Part shown: in pieces, positions 38,411 to 49,236 of the stretch
Position numbering within the stretch: position 1 is the stretch's first letter
Layout: each line of letters starts with the position of its first letter
Source of the DNA: Moniliella sp. 'wahieum'
Lineage: Eukaryota
NCBI GenBank assembly: GCA_003971905.1
Contig: RSEE01000013.1
Span: forward strand, 62,001-126,000
DNA: 64,000 nt
Direction: 5' to 3'
Position numbers and translations under genes: made by a program
The notes under the pieces: model-generated
The model's database searches: none
The model's input: the letters and a program-made list of their open reading frames with translations, nothing else
Told to the model about the DNA's origin: nothing

Positions 38411-39904
38411 TCACCGATGCGGACCAGGCCTGCCCAGGCCCGAGACCGGGTCCCGCCATAGATTGCCTGAGGTGTTCGTGTGCCACAGGCCATGGGGGGG
38501 AAGTTGACTAGTGACTAGTGACTAGCTGACTGCCCCCTGATTAAGGAGGTAGGGGCAGGGCAGTGAACGTTGAACTCGTGAACCAGTGAGCGTTCAAGTT
38601 GAACTCAACGTTGAACTCAGTGGACGGGCAGGCTACTGGGCGTTAGAGTAAAACTTCCGGCGGCACCGGTAGGCGCACCCGCCCATCGGATGGGGTGTGG
38701 TGACCGGTGATACGGCGTAGTGTCGGGTTCCATGTTCGACGTTGATGCTAGCACGCCATACGTCCATGGATGTTGGTCTTCTGCATGGTTGCACGGTCGT
38801 GTGCCTGGTCGATGATCGATGATCAATGTTAATGATCGATGATCCGCTTGCCTTGGCGATTTCAAGTTGAAATTCCGACGAGGCAGATGTGCGGAAGAAA
38901 TTTCTTCGGCCAAGTAGCTGCTCCACACGCTCCGCTTGCCATTGGTCTTGAATAGCAAGCTGCCGCACTTCCTCGAGACTTGCGTGTTGGGCGCTGGAGC
39001 GTCAGGGGCCATGCACATGCATCGTGCGAGTTGTCCAAGCTGGTCTCTCAGATGCCCCCAGCCTCAGCGACTAGTGAGGCACGCAATGAGATGAAGAGAG
39101 AAGGAGATTGGTCTCTGATTGAACTTATTACCCATCCGCATTATCGCAACACTCATCAGTGTTGCTCTCCGTACGGTCAGCATGGCCCATTAGTCACTAG
39201 TCACTAGTCACTAGTAGTCATACAGCTCATCTCTGCAGACATCTTCGCCCGCTTGCTTCTCCTGTCCTACCGTGCAAGGTATTGGCCGTGCATGCCATCT
39301 GAATCGCCCCTAGGCCCGGATGCAAGGAAGCATGTGCGGCGACCCGCTCCCCCGCTGCTGGCTGCTACGCAACCGCGGCCAAAGTACCGGCCAGCCTGAC
39401 AAAAAACATGACGGACCTTCACGAATGACGAAGCGATGAAGGATGAAGTGGAGTCAAGATGCTAGCCTTCCCGTCGAAATGCGACAAGGAGCCCGCCAGG
39501 CAATAGTCCCCCTAGTCTACCGACGACGAGAGTACCCGGGGTGCTGGAGTACACAGGGGAAGAAAATACATTCTTCGGTCTCCAACGTGGATAACCAAAA
39601 CCGTTGGATTCATCATGCATCACGGAGACGTTTCGGTAGACCTGTTGCTGACCGTGACCGCTGAACGTGCAAAGCAAGCACAGGAGATGCTGGCGCGCCC
39701 TCAGCCTCATCCGCCAGCGGATCCGAGGGAGCCCAGGACATCGTTGCCACCTGGCTGGAATAGTGGACCGGACGTACTTTGAACCCCTCGGAGCCACGGC
39801 GCATTAACCTCAGATGCTTCCATCACGCCATGTGCTGACATGGGCGAGGTGACAGTAGCGGTTTCTAACGCGCACAGAGTCACGAGGAGGCCAACGGTAT
39901 TGCG

Positions 39905-40640
39905 CTAGAGGATCGGAAACAGAGGGATAGGACCACTCCGACTGGTTGGCCGCCGTTGCGACAGTAGGCTGCGCCTGGGTGTGGGGCAAGACCGCCCGCA
40001 GCGCTTGAGGGACATGGGCAGGGGGAGCTGGTGGTACAGGCATGGTAGCGGTAGGTAGGTGGTCAATGTAGGTACGAGCCAGAGCCAGGGACGAGGGCCC
40101 AGTGTAGCAAGCAAATTGGTAACCGTGCCCACAGAAAAGGGATATGCTGTGCTTCGGAGCTGGAGATGCGACCCCGGGGGCGAAGGTGTGGCCGCGCGAT
40201 TGGTTTCGGAGGACTCGATGGACGTTTGGTTGGCCATGGTGAGCAAAACACAAGTACAGTGAAAAGCCCCTACGAGCAGCAGAACCAAGGAGGAAAGGAC
40301 CATGTTGGTCAGTAGCACCCCCATCACAAACGACGTGGGGGCCCGCGGCGAATGCGCCCCGCGTCGAGAGCGACTTGGGCCAATAGATGGAGATTAAATG
40401 ACAGACAGACATCCGTCGCCAAGAGCAACCGAAGAAAGTCGCCGTGATTGCGCGCTCCAATACAACTGCCCAGCCAAGGGCAGTGACTAGTGATGCAAGC
40501 GATGGTCCATTCGCACAATGCACACCCCGCAAACACGGCGTGGCTGAGGAACAATATATGGTGCTCAGGTGCTCTGTCCGGCAGCGACGGAGATCCAAGC
40601 CGGGAGCCACGCCTGTTACGTAATCCTCCTGGGGCTCTCA
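39905..40640 (-). pseudogene. DHHC palmitoyltransferase (Pfa3-like) pseudogene
   Basis: Reconstructs to PDRA..HCRVCGVCIVRMDH[16-nt insertion]HCPWLGSCIGARNH, then two TM segments, a TTxE-like NQTSIE and a PaCCT-like PFSVG..NL..LG..WLWLVP. There is no room for TM1-2 before the divergent IVY1 start at 40809. Lesions are multi-base insertions and a deletion, unlike the single-base errors in other genes. Confidence 0.85.
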
Positions 40641-40808
40641 TTAAAACAATCAGCGGGCCAAGCGGCACGTGCTCTGATTAAAGGCGACTGCTTTTTGTGG
40701 GAGCACCTGCGCGTTGGCGGTGGCGGTGGCCGCGCCAGCAGCCTCGCATCCCTCTTCCCATCGCCCCTTGCGCCCCAACATTGGCTGGCATCGCGATCAC
40801 GCCGCAGC

Positions 40809-42509
40809 ATGCCGCCCAGCTACTCTGTCCGTTCCACAGGCTCGTCCTTGGCCGGCACCCACTTGAGCCCCCCGGGCTCCATCGCCACCACACGCCTCGC
40901 TCGACTTTCCCCATCGGCCCGACGTGCTAGTGACGCGCGCCGATCTGCGCAGCAGTGTATCCGCGTACGAGCAGCTGCTCGCTTCGGGAAAAGCATTGAC
41001 CAATGCCATGCTCGTCCTCAGCCGGGCTGCCGCGGACTTTGCTGCGTCGCTCGAGACGTGCCGCAAAGTCAAGGGCGCTCATGCCCAAGCGGAGAACTTG
41101 CAAGCCTGTGCTGGCCTCCACTTTCTCACCAGCAACTGGTCCCAAGTTCTTGCCGACTCGTTCTGGAAGGACTTTCAGATCCCTTTGCTCAGTGCCTTTG
41201 ACTCCTATCGCACCACCCACAACGAACGGCAGGTGGCCCACGATAAGCTTTTGGCCGACAAGTCGCGCGCGCTCAAGGAAACTGAGGCTCGTAACATTCG
41301 CAATGGCCTTGGCAGGCGTGGCCCAGGACGTGATCTCGCCTCCTTCAAGCTGCTCTTGGCAGAGATGCAGCAGCAAGTGGCAGAAATTGACCTGTACAAG
41401 GCCGAGTATTACATGAAGTGTTAGGTGCAGAGGAGGAAATGTGGGAATACATTCAAAGCAAGGTTTGTCCTCTTTGCTCTTTGCTCTTTGCTCTTTGCTC
41501 TCTGCTCTTTTCTCCTAACCTTCTCACCCATCCGACCTATTTTTTTTTTCTGCCTTAGATCTCATTGCTCTCGCGCTCGCAGGTGGAAATGTGGGAGCGT
41601 TTGTCGTCCAAGGCAAACTCTGATCCCGTCCTGGAACACGTATTGGCTTCCATCCCTGATCCTTTCCATTCATATGGGATTCCACCACCAGAGGACCAGA
41701 TCTTGAGTATCATCCCGCCTTCCAACCTCCTCTCTGGTTATACTGGGAGCCAAATGCCGCGCACCGCCCCACGTTCACCAGTGGCTCGACGAGTGGGAGT
41801 GCGGCGGCGGCGGCGGCGTTGGCCACTTCGGATGGGACTGCACAGACTCGGGGGGCCGTCCCTTCGCTCAAGGCTTCCGAAAACGCAAGCCCCCGGTTGC
41901 GAGAGAAGGCCTTGTTTGAGCCGTCGGGTTCGGAGGATAGTAGGACAAATGGGGACTATGCTATCCTCACCGCTCCTGCGGCCAACGAGTGGCACCCTCC
42001 GGCTCCTGAGCCCCACGAAGGGAAAAGGCGCGAGTCCAAAGGAAAGAAACGTGCTTCTTTGAACGACATGGACGGGGCGGAACCCCTCCCGGATGGCGAT
42101 CTCCGGCCGCTGAGCAGCATTAGCGAGGAAGCGGCGTACAATGGTTCTATGAGTGATACGGACGAAGAAGGGACTGGGTCCAAGTTCCCTGGTTCCCCTT
42201 CGGCCAGCGGGGATACGGCCCACGCACCCGACTCAGCTAATGCTGAATCGGGCAATACTGTCGTCCTCTTTGCTTTGTGAGACGAAGGAAACCAGCCCTG
42301 ATCCGCCAAAGATTGGTTCTGTTCTCGCTACCGGAGACGAGGATACGTCTGAAGGCCCTGGGGATCGTACCCCCGATACCGTCTCGGACGGCGGCGTGAC
42401 CGTTCGAGAGGATGAACGGGGGGATGATGCAGCCAGTGACGGGACGAGTGTGGACGTTCCACCGACGACTATGGCCGCTGAGGCAGAGACGAGTGTCGCC
42501 CAAGCCTAA
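40809..42509 (+). CDS. IVY1: Ivy1-like I-BAR/IMD phospholipid-binding protein
   Basis: LVTRADLRSSVSAYEQLL, AAADFAASLETC, AGLHFLTSN, LADSFWKDFQIPL and RDLASFK, followed by an acidic disordered tail. Intron 41463-41558; frameshifts present. Confidence 0.82.
41471..41510 (+). repeat. (TTTGCTC)n heptanucleotide repeat in the IVY1 intron
   Basis: Four perfect units plus one degenerate unit. Confidence 0.85.
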
Positions 42510-43099
42510 TTGTCCTTCTCTCTTTGTACTTTGTTCTTCGCACCAGATGTTGGCCAGCCTGCCGGCAATGTCCCGTCTCGTTTCTTTTGCTTCTTTATCA
42601 TTGGTTTCATTGACCTCCCACATTCCTTTACTATCGCATCGTTTGTGCTTGTCCACTTTTTTCGTTGATACCTCATCCTGCTGCTTACCCTTGGACCTGT
42701 TGCTGCCCAATTCGACGAGTATGTAGATGCCAAATGAACGAAGGGATGGTTAGATGACGCGCGATGACGGGAACCAAAGGATCCAGGGGTGTTGGCAACG
42801 CCGTCGGTCTCCTTAATTGAGTGTACGAGAGCTGTCAGCAAACGCTGGATGACCGAGCTTGGTAGAGACGAAACGTTTCTTCGTTGTATGTCTCCGGCGC
42901 TTGAGGTTTACAAATGCTACTAGTATGAACCCAAAAGTCATCTCGGCCCAAAATCTTGCAACATCCCCAACCCAGGCCATGCTTCAGCCAAGGACGGCAT
43001 GTCCGTCTCTGTGTACGGCGCGACACTCACTTCTATGCCGGCAAGGGAGTTCATACCCCGTTAACGAGCATCCCAAGTATACAATAAGCAACCGAGCCA

Positions 43100-45431
43100 A
43101 TGCAGACGCATGACGTCGAACCGGGCGGGCCAACGGGCATATGTATCTCCCCCCGAACTCGGGGAAGCTAGAAGAACACAGACCACTGTCCGTAGATTGA
43201 CAGTTCCTGCTCCCCGGGACCACATCCGCTGCGATTGCCTGCACCAACCAACGGTCCACTACATCGCGCGTGTCAAGGCCGCGTTGACGAAGGGTGCGGG
43301 CATGGATGTGCACCAACGCAGAAGAAGGGTCGGTTGAGTCGGCGGTCAAGCTGCTAGCAGCAGAGGCAGCGTCCAACGCACGCCCCACTCCGGCAACTAG
43401 ATCCGTCCCCCAGTCGCTCCACGCTTGAGCCAGCAGGGCGGCAATGGAGCCATCCAGGACCAAAGCTGTTGCTTCTCGCGGCGACTGGGCCAACAGACGA
43501 GTGTCTTGCGCAGCAGGCGGTTCAGGTGATCGTACTGCTCCAGCCCTGACAATGGACGGTCGTTTCGAAACACGGGATCGAGGTGGACGCCTTCCATCTT
43601 GGTCCTGTCCGGCCTCCTCCTTCTCCCTCCTCCCGCTCCTCCTCTCCTCCGCGCCCTCATCTCTCTCTCCCATCTCTTCTTCCTCTTCCGCCTGGTCTTC
43701 CAGAATGTTGTCGTCATCCAGGAGGAGCATCACGTCCCTCTCCCCGTCCGTATCTCGAATGCCCAGCGGGGGGTGGCACCTAAGGGCCCCGTCAAAACAA
43801 ACGAGAGCCATCCCCAGCCAGCAAAATAGTAGCACAGGAAGGCAGCCAGGATGGCCATCAGTCTCGCTGGTCGAGAAGGGCGCGAACGCGTAGCAAGGAG
43901 GTCAGCCCGAGCTCCTACCGCGTCGGCCGGGGTGAGTGTGAAGAGGGATGCCTCGGTCGCCTCTTCGTCTCCCAAAGGCACTTCCGAGCGGGGACGTTGG
44001 CGCGCCTGTTTGCGTGCCAACTCATCTCGAACAAACACCTCCTTCAGCTCAGCAGCCCGCTCCTCCACTCTCCTCCAATTACCAAAGTCAGCACTGGTCC
44101 AGGTGATGGGCACAAACGATCGCTTGCCTGTCACAGCATCCGTGCTGGTCAGAGAAACGGTGGGCAGAGCCCGAGGGGACGTCTCGGTAAAGGGACGGGA
44201 ACCCGCTTGGGCCAACGCCGCTCTCCCACCTGCCCGTACCGCCCCGGCCGTGTCACCGGCCATGATATTGGTCAAGTCGACCAGCACATCAAAAAACCGC
44301 GGCCGCTCCACCATCACTCGGTCAGTCGTCACCGCTACCCAGCCCGCTTGGGCCGAGGGCATGAAGAGGGTCGTCTTGAGGGAGAGAACGGATGCGGTCC
44401 TCTTCCTCCAAAGCAAAAAGGTCATGCAAGCTCAGATACCCACGATAGCGGGGCAGCATCGCGTGAGGAGCAGGATCGGAGGTACCGTCCTGGCCAAGAG
44501 AGGCCAGGGAGCTGCGTCCTCGTTGGGAAATGTTGTCGAGCAGACTGAGAAGGTTGAGGGCAAACATGGAGGCTGTGTAGAGAGGGTTGCCTGGTGGACA
44601 ATAGATCAACACCCTCCTCCCATACTCAGGACCAGTCTCGAGGCCACTCGCTTCCAAGGCCAAGTATTCGGGCAAGAGAAGCTTGATCAGCTTGGGGAGC
44701 AGCGGGCCAAAGCCGTAGTGGACCGCAGGAAGAAAGAAGAGCGAATCGTACGAGGCTGGCAAGGCAGTGACTAGCTGGGGCTGCGAAACTGAGCATAAAA
44801 GTCCTTGATGAGCGTCGCAACTTGGCGAGCAGCAGCCTTGCGCTCCAACACCTCTTCCACTCCATCTTCACTTTCCCCCGAATCCGAGCCAGCGTCAGGC
44901 AGATCGCTCTCGTCTTCAGCTAAAAGGAGTTGCACCAGAGTCAAGTCCAGCTCGGGACACGACGCAATCACAGCCACAATCTCCTCGCCCAACTGACTCA
45001 ATGGAGTGGTGTAGCGTATGCAACCCACCCGCTCTTCCCGCTCCCAGTGGCTGGGGGGGTACTGGTCGTCGACGGGTGCGAGGTAACGACACCGACACTA
45101 AAGAAGTGGGCGCCCCGCTGGGACGCGCGTGCGTCTGCGCCGAGACGTACGTTGTGGAACGAGGCAACACCAAGGCTCTTGATGGGCGACTCGAAGATAC
45201 TGCGAGGGAGTCAGTGGCTCGTCGTTTGTGGTCGCCGGCCTCGGGCCAGTGCGCAGGGGCGAAAGGGAGCACGCACATCAGGTCGTTGGCAAGCGCATGG
45301 CCGCCCGCCGGCAGCGTCTTGCCCTCCAGCCCATCGACAATGGCGTGCGGCGGGTAGCGGCACGCGATCTCGGAGCCGCGGGTCACGTGGAATTGGGACA
45401 CAAAGACAGCACCAACGGTCAGCGCGGCCAT
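43100..45431 (-). CDS. LCHN/Anr2 (DENND11-like) domain protein
   Basis: N-terminus AVFVSQFHVTRGSEI...GLEGKTLPAGGHALANDL, then RRVLIYCPP, GYLSLHDL and GWVAVTTDRVMVERPRFFDVLVDL. Intron at about 45200-45275; the 3' end is uncertain. Confidence 0.75.
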
Positions 45432-45668
45432 GGCGGTTCGGGCACAAAGCACAGCCGAGCAGATGGTGGTCAGCGGCACGCAGCTGAGCTCCACGTTCGC
45501 CTCGCCTCGCTCGCCCTCCAGCCCACCCAGGCCCCGCCAGGCCGATGCCCCCAGCGCTCGGGGCAGCGCGGATGACGTAACGACAGGGCCATTGAATATT
45601 GCGTGAGGGCGTGGCGAGCAGTTTATTTAAACTGGCCTGGCTCCGACGACGGTGGCCCAACAACCGCT

Positions 45669-45879
45669 GCATCCATTGCTTGCCTCCTTTCCACCACCTT
45701 TTGGCTTCAATTGTCCCCTGACTCGTGCCATCTCGACTCCTCAACTAACTCGCTGCTTCCCTCTCTGCCCTAGCCTTGATTCCCGGTGGGTCTCTCTGCC
45801 ATAATAGGTGAGTACCAACGGAGCTTATTTCTTGGCCTCACGGAAGCTACAGTGGTGCCTGCATGGGTGGTGTATACCA
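45669..45879 (+). repeat. 211-bp direct repeat, copy 1
   Basis: Identical to 46332-46543 apart from one homopolymer C. About 160 bp of foreign sequence is fused to about 50 bp of MFS coding sequence. Confidence 0.95.
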
Positions 45880-45909
45880 CACAGGCGTCATTCGCGAGCA
45901 GGCTGTAAT

Positions 45910-46195
45910 CTGGTCTCGGGCCTGTGGGCAGGCCTGGATGTCATATACTTGTCCCAGAGCCACACTGGTCGCCGGTACTCAGTACTCAAGGTACTAACTC
46001 AATTGAGTGTACTCAATCTGAGTATCTGTGAGTCCGAGTCCTCCTTCAGCCACCGAGTACTGAGTCGCAGCCCTCACTACTGACCAGCCAGCATCTGGGC
46101 CAGGAGAGAGGCAGTAAAGCAGTGGCGTCTCAGGCTTGCAAGGCATGGAAGGGTGTGGATCGAGGACCTTGGATTAGATTGATTAGATGATCCCT
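45910..46195 (+). repeat. diverged inverted copy of the MFS upstream region 38138-38410
   Basis: Direct visual alignment to the reverse complement of 38138-38410. Confidence 0.9.
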
Positions 46196-46331
46196 AGGTG
46201 GTTGTGTCACCGGGATTACCGGCCGGCGGGGTTGGAGAGTAGCAGGTTTGTGTTCGGGCGGCCGATCCCCGCGGTGGGCGGATAGGGGGGGGGGTTGAAG
46301 CTTGGGGTTGATGCGATTGACGAGCTCAACG

Positions 46332-46543
46332 GCATCCATTGCTTGCCTCCTTTCCACCACCTTTTGGCTTCAATTGTCCCCTGACTCGTGCCATCTCGAC
46401 TCCTCAACTAACTCGCTGCTTCCCTCTCTGCCCCTAGCCTTGATTCCCGGTGGGTCTCTCTGCCATAATAGGTGAGTACCAACGGAGCTTATTTCTTGGC
46501 CTCACGGAAGCTACAGTGGTGCCTGCATGGGTGGTGTATACCA
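46332..46543 (+). repeat. 212-bp direct repeat, copy 2
   Basis: Matches 45669-45879 and runs on into the MFS duplicate. Confidence 0.95.
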
Positions 46544-47997
46544 GCCAATGGTACATCGTCGTGAGCAGGCGTTCCGTGTTGGCCTTTGGTTCGCTACCTG
46601 TGGTCTATCCCAGATCTTGGGGGGTGCGATTGCGTATGGGATTGCAACCCATGTGGAATCGGACCCGCACGCAACCCTTCGCGGTTGGCAGATTGCTTTA
46701 TCGTGTTTGGCATCATGGCAGCCTTGTTTGGGGTTATGTTTACATGCTGCTACCCAACTCGCCCGCCGATGCTTGGTTCCTCACCGACCGGGAGAAGGCG
46801 ATTCACATTGAGCGCCTGCGCAGCAACGAACAAGGGATTGGATCCGGCACTTTGACTGGGCTCAGTGCCGCGAAGCGCTTCGGGATCCGTTCACGTGGAC
46901 CTATTCGTTTTGGACGTTTGCCGCCCAGCTCTTGCCACCTCGTTTGGCACCACGCTTGTCATGGGCCTCGGATACACGGCGAACCAGTCGTTGATTCTCG
47001 TGACACCGCTGGGCGCAGTAGAAGTGGTTGTGCTGATTGGGCTCAGCTGGCTCGGGTCAAGGACAAACAAGCGGATTTTCTGGTGCATTGTCGGTCACAT
47101 TCCTGGCTTTGCAGGGGCGGTCATGATGGCCACGACGGGCAAAGTGCCGGCACTGATTGGATTTTTCCTAACGGGTGCCATTCCTCTGGGATGGGTCACC
47201 ATCTTGGGACTTACCTCGTCCATCGTGGAGGAGCGAGTAAGAAAATTACGGTTTCAGCCATCCAGACTGTGGCCTACACCATCGGCGTACGTGGGCTTCT
47301 CTGTTCTTTTCCTGTCGACCGATTGACTAACTTTTCATCTCACATCTTAATTTGCATCTCCCCACGTCTACCCAGAACATCATCTCGCCTCAGATCATGA
47401 CACACAGGCTCCCCGTTACCTGCCTGCAAGATCGCCATTGCCTCATCTATTTCATCTGTGCTCGGACTTTGCACTGATGTGGTACCTCTTTGTCCGGGAG
47501 AACCGCAAACGCGACCGGGCCAAGGAGGAAGCGATTGCCAACGGCACATACACGCCACCAACAAAGAACCACGAGTTCCTCAACTTTTGACCGACCGGTC
47601 CAACCCTGAGTTCCGGTTACAGTGTCTAGAGTTGTGTATTACCAACCCTCTCACCTGCGCCGAAATCTCCGCGACAGATCCTGAAGTCTAATCTCGCTCT
47701 CCCTCAGTGTGTGCGCCAACAACTAAACTGCATTATTTGGCTCCTTTACGACTTATTGATTGGCTACGAGCCCTTTTCTCACCTCTCCCGCGGGTCGCGA
47801 ACGGACCCATTTGTGCTGTGATGCATTCTTTACGCACGCCTATGGGAGTGTTTAGCATTGATCGCGAGAAACTGAGGTATGCCATGCCGCTGTGACACGT
47901 GAGGAGTGCGGGAGGCCGTATGGATGGGGGATCGTGGGGTAAACGGGGGTTGATTCTGGTTGGCACTGCACTGGGATCTGGTGTTGGTTGATGGATG
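46495..47997 (+). pseudogene. 5'-truncated inverted duplicate of the DAL5-like MFS gene plus its 3' flank
   Basis: Aligns to the reverse complement of about 35837-37349, starting at LGLTEATVV and retaining the intron. It lacks the first roughly 190 codons and has an approximately 10-nt deletion in AANIPNSL. Confidence 0.88.
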
Positions 47998-49236
47998 CTG
48001 GATGATGTTGATTGATGATGGATGGGGATAGTCGATAGTGGTGGTTGATGCATGATGTGTGCTGAGCGCTGAGGCTCGGCGTCCGCGCTGCGAGGGGGGA
48101 TTTGGAGTGACGGCATTCTCGACATAAATTGCCGAGAACGAGGAAGCGGGCACGGAGACAGTCGGTGGACCGCACGTTGCAACACTGTCCCAGCCCTGCG
48201 CCGGCCTGTGCCGGCGCATTCAAGTTGGAAAGAGGGCCGCGGCTCGCTTTGCAGGCGCAGCGGCGGTGACAGCACCGCCGCGTTGCGCTTATAAGGGTGC
48301 CGGATCGGCGCTTGAAAATCAGCGTTCAGCCGAAGTGTGAGGACCGCTGCTGCGCGCCACTCGGCACACGCCATGCACCTTGCACCATGCATCATGCATC
48401 ATGCTTCAATCTTCATCTGCCCTTGGCCCGCAGCCATCTGATGCGGTGAACATGACGGGTGACCGTCACTTGTGATGTGGGGCTTTTTTTTTTTTCTTCT
48501 TTCTCGTTTTTATAGCAGCACAGGGCCTTAGGATACTACCTGTGGGTAACCAAGGGCTACGCATCGTTGCGCGTTATTCATTGTCGAATCTCCACGCGCA
48601 CGTCCCTCACGCATCACGCCGTATGCACCCTCCTGCTGCTGCCACGGTGCGACGGAGCACGCGCTACTGACTAGCTAAGCTCATCAGCGCACATCAGCGC
48701 TCAGCGCGCCCGTCACGATAGTGACGATCAGAGCTTGTTCACCGTATGGCAAATGTTGATTTTGGCATGGCGTTTTTGGGCGTCCCCGAGCTCCCCGCCT
48801 GCCGTCTCCGCTGGGCCTTTCAGTTTCCACCTGGCGCACGCGTGATGCGTGACACCACACGCGCTCCCGGCTGCTCTCGGCCACCCGCCGCCTGCCGGAT
48901 CGGCGAGGAGAGACAGCAAATTGTGCGCACGCACCAAGCGCTCCCGCGCTGGCACAGCAGCCGTGCCCTGCTGTGCGCCCAACACGGCGACACACTCGGG
49001 ACGGTGGTTGTTGCTAAGAACGCTGGGCCTGTCTGTCCCAGCAGGAACATCGCTCGCACACACTCGCATCTGCTGCCCCGCATTTTTTTTCTGCACCTTG
49101 CTCGTGCACCCTCCGATATTCACACTTCTGCTCCGCTTCCTACATGCCCCGCCTGCTCCCTTTTAAGCGCCTGCTCTTCCCACCGACCAGGCAGACTACC
49201 CATCTCCTTCTTTCTCCATCCGCCCTCTTTCCCGCC

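Noticed and set aside
32356..39214. CRISPR-like arrays or ordinary microsatellites for the 7-bp repeats
   Set aside because: Eukaryotic context, no long spacers and no cas genes. The units differ between loci but share one rule, so they are reported as footprints instead.
40324..40668. Novel DHHC variant with a TSHC active site, as read in the ORF track
   Set aside because: TSHC arises from a 16-nt insertion; the shifted frame gives the canonical CRVCGVCIVRMDH, so this is a disrupted gene.
41471..41510. (TTTGCTC)n as part of the footprint grammar
   Set aside because: It has a 7-bp period but no TNA core and no palindromic spacer, so it is an ordinary slippage repeat.
45669..46543. LTR pair of a small retroelement (TRIM)
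   Set aside because: No shared TG..CA ends, PBS, PPT or TSD; the repeat includes MFS coding sequence and the interior is a promoter copy.
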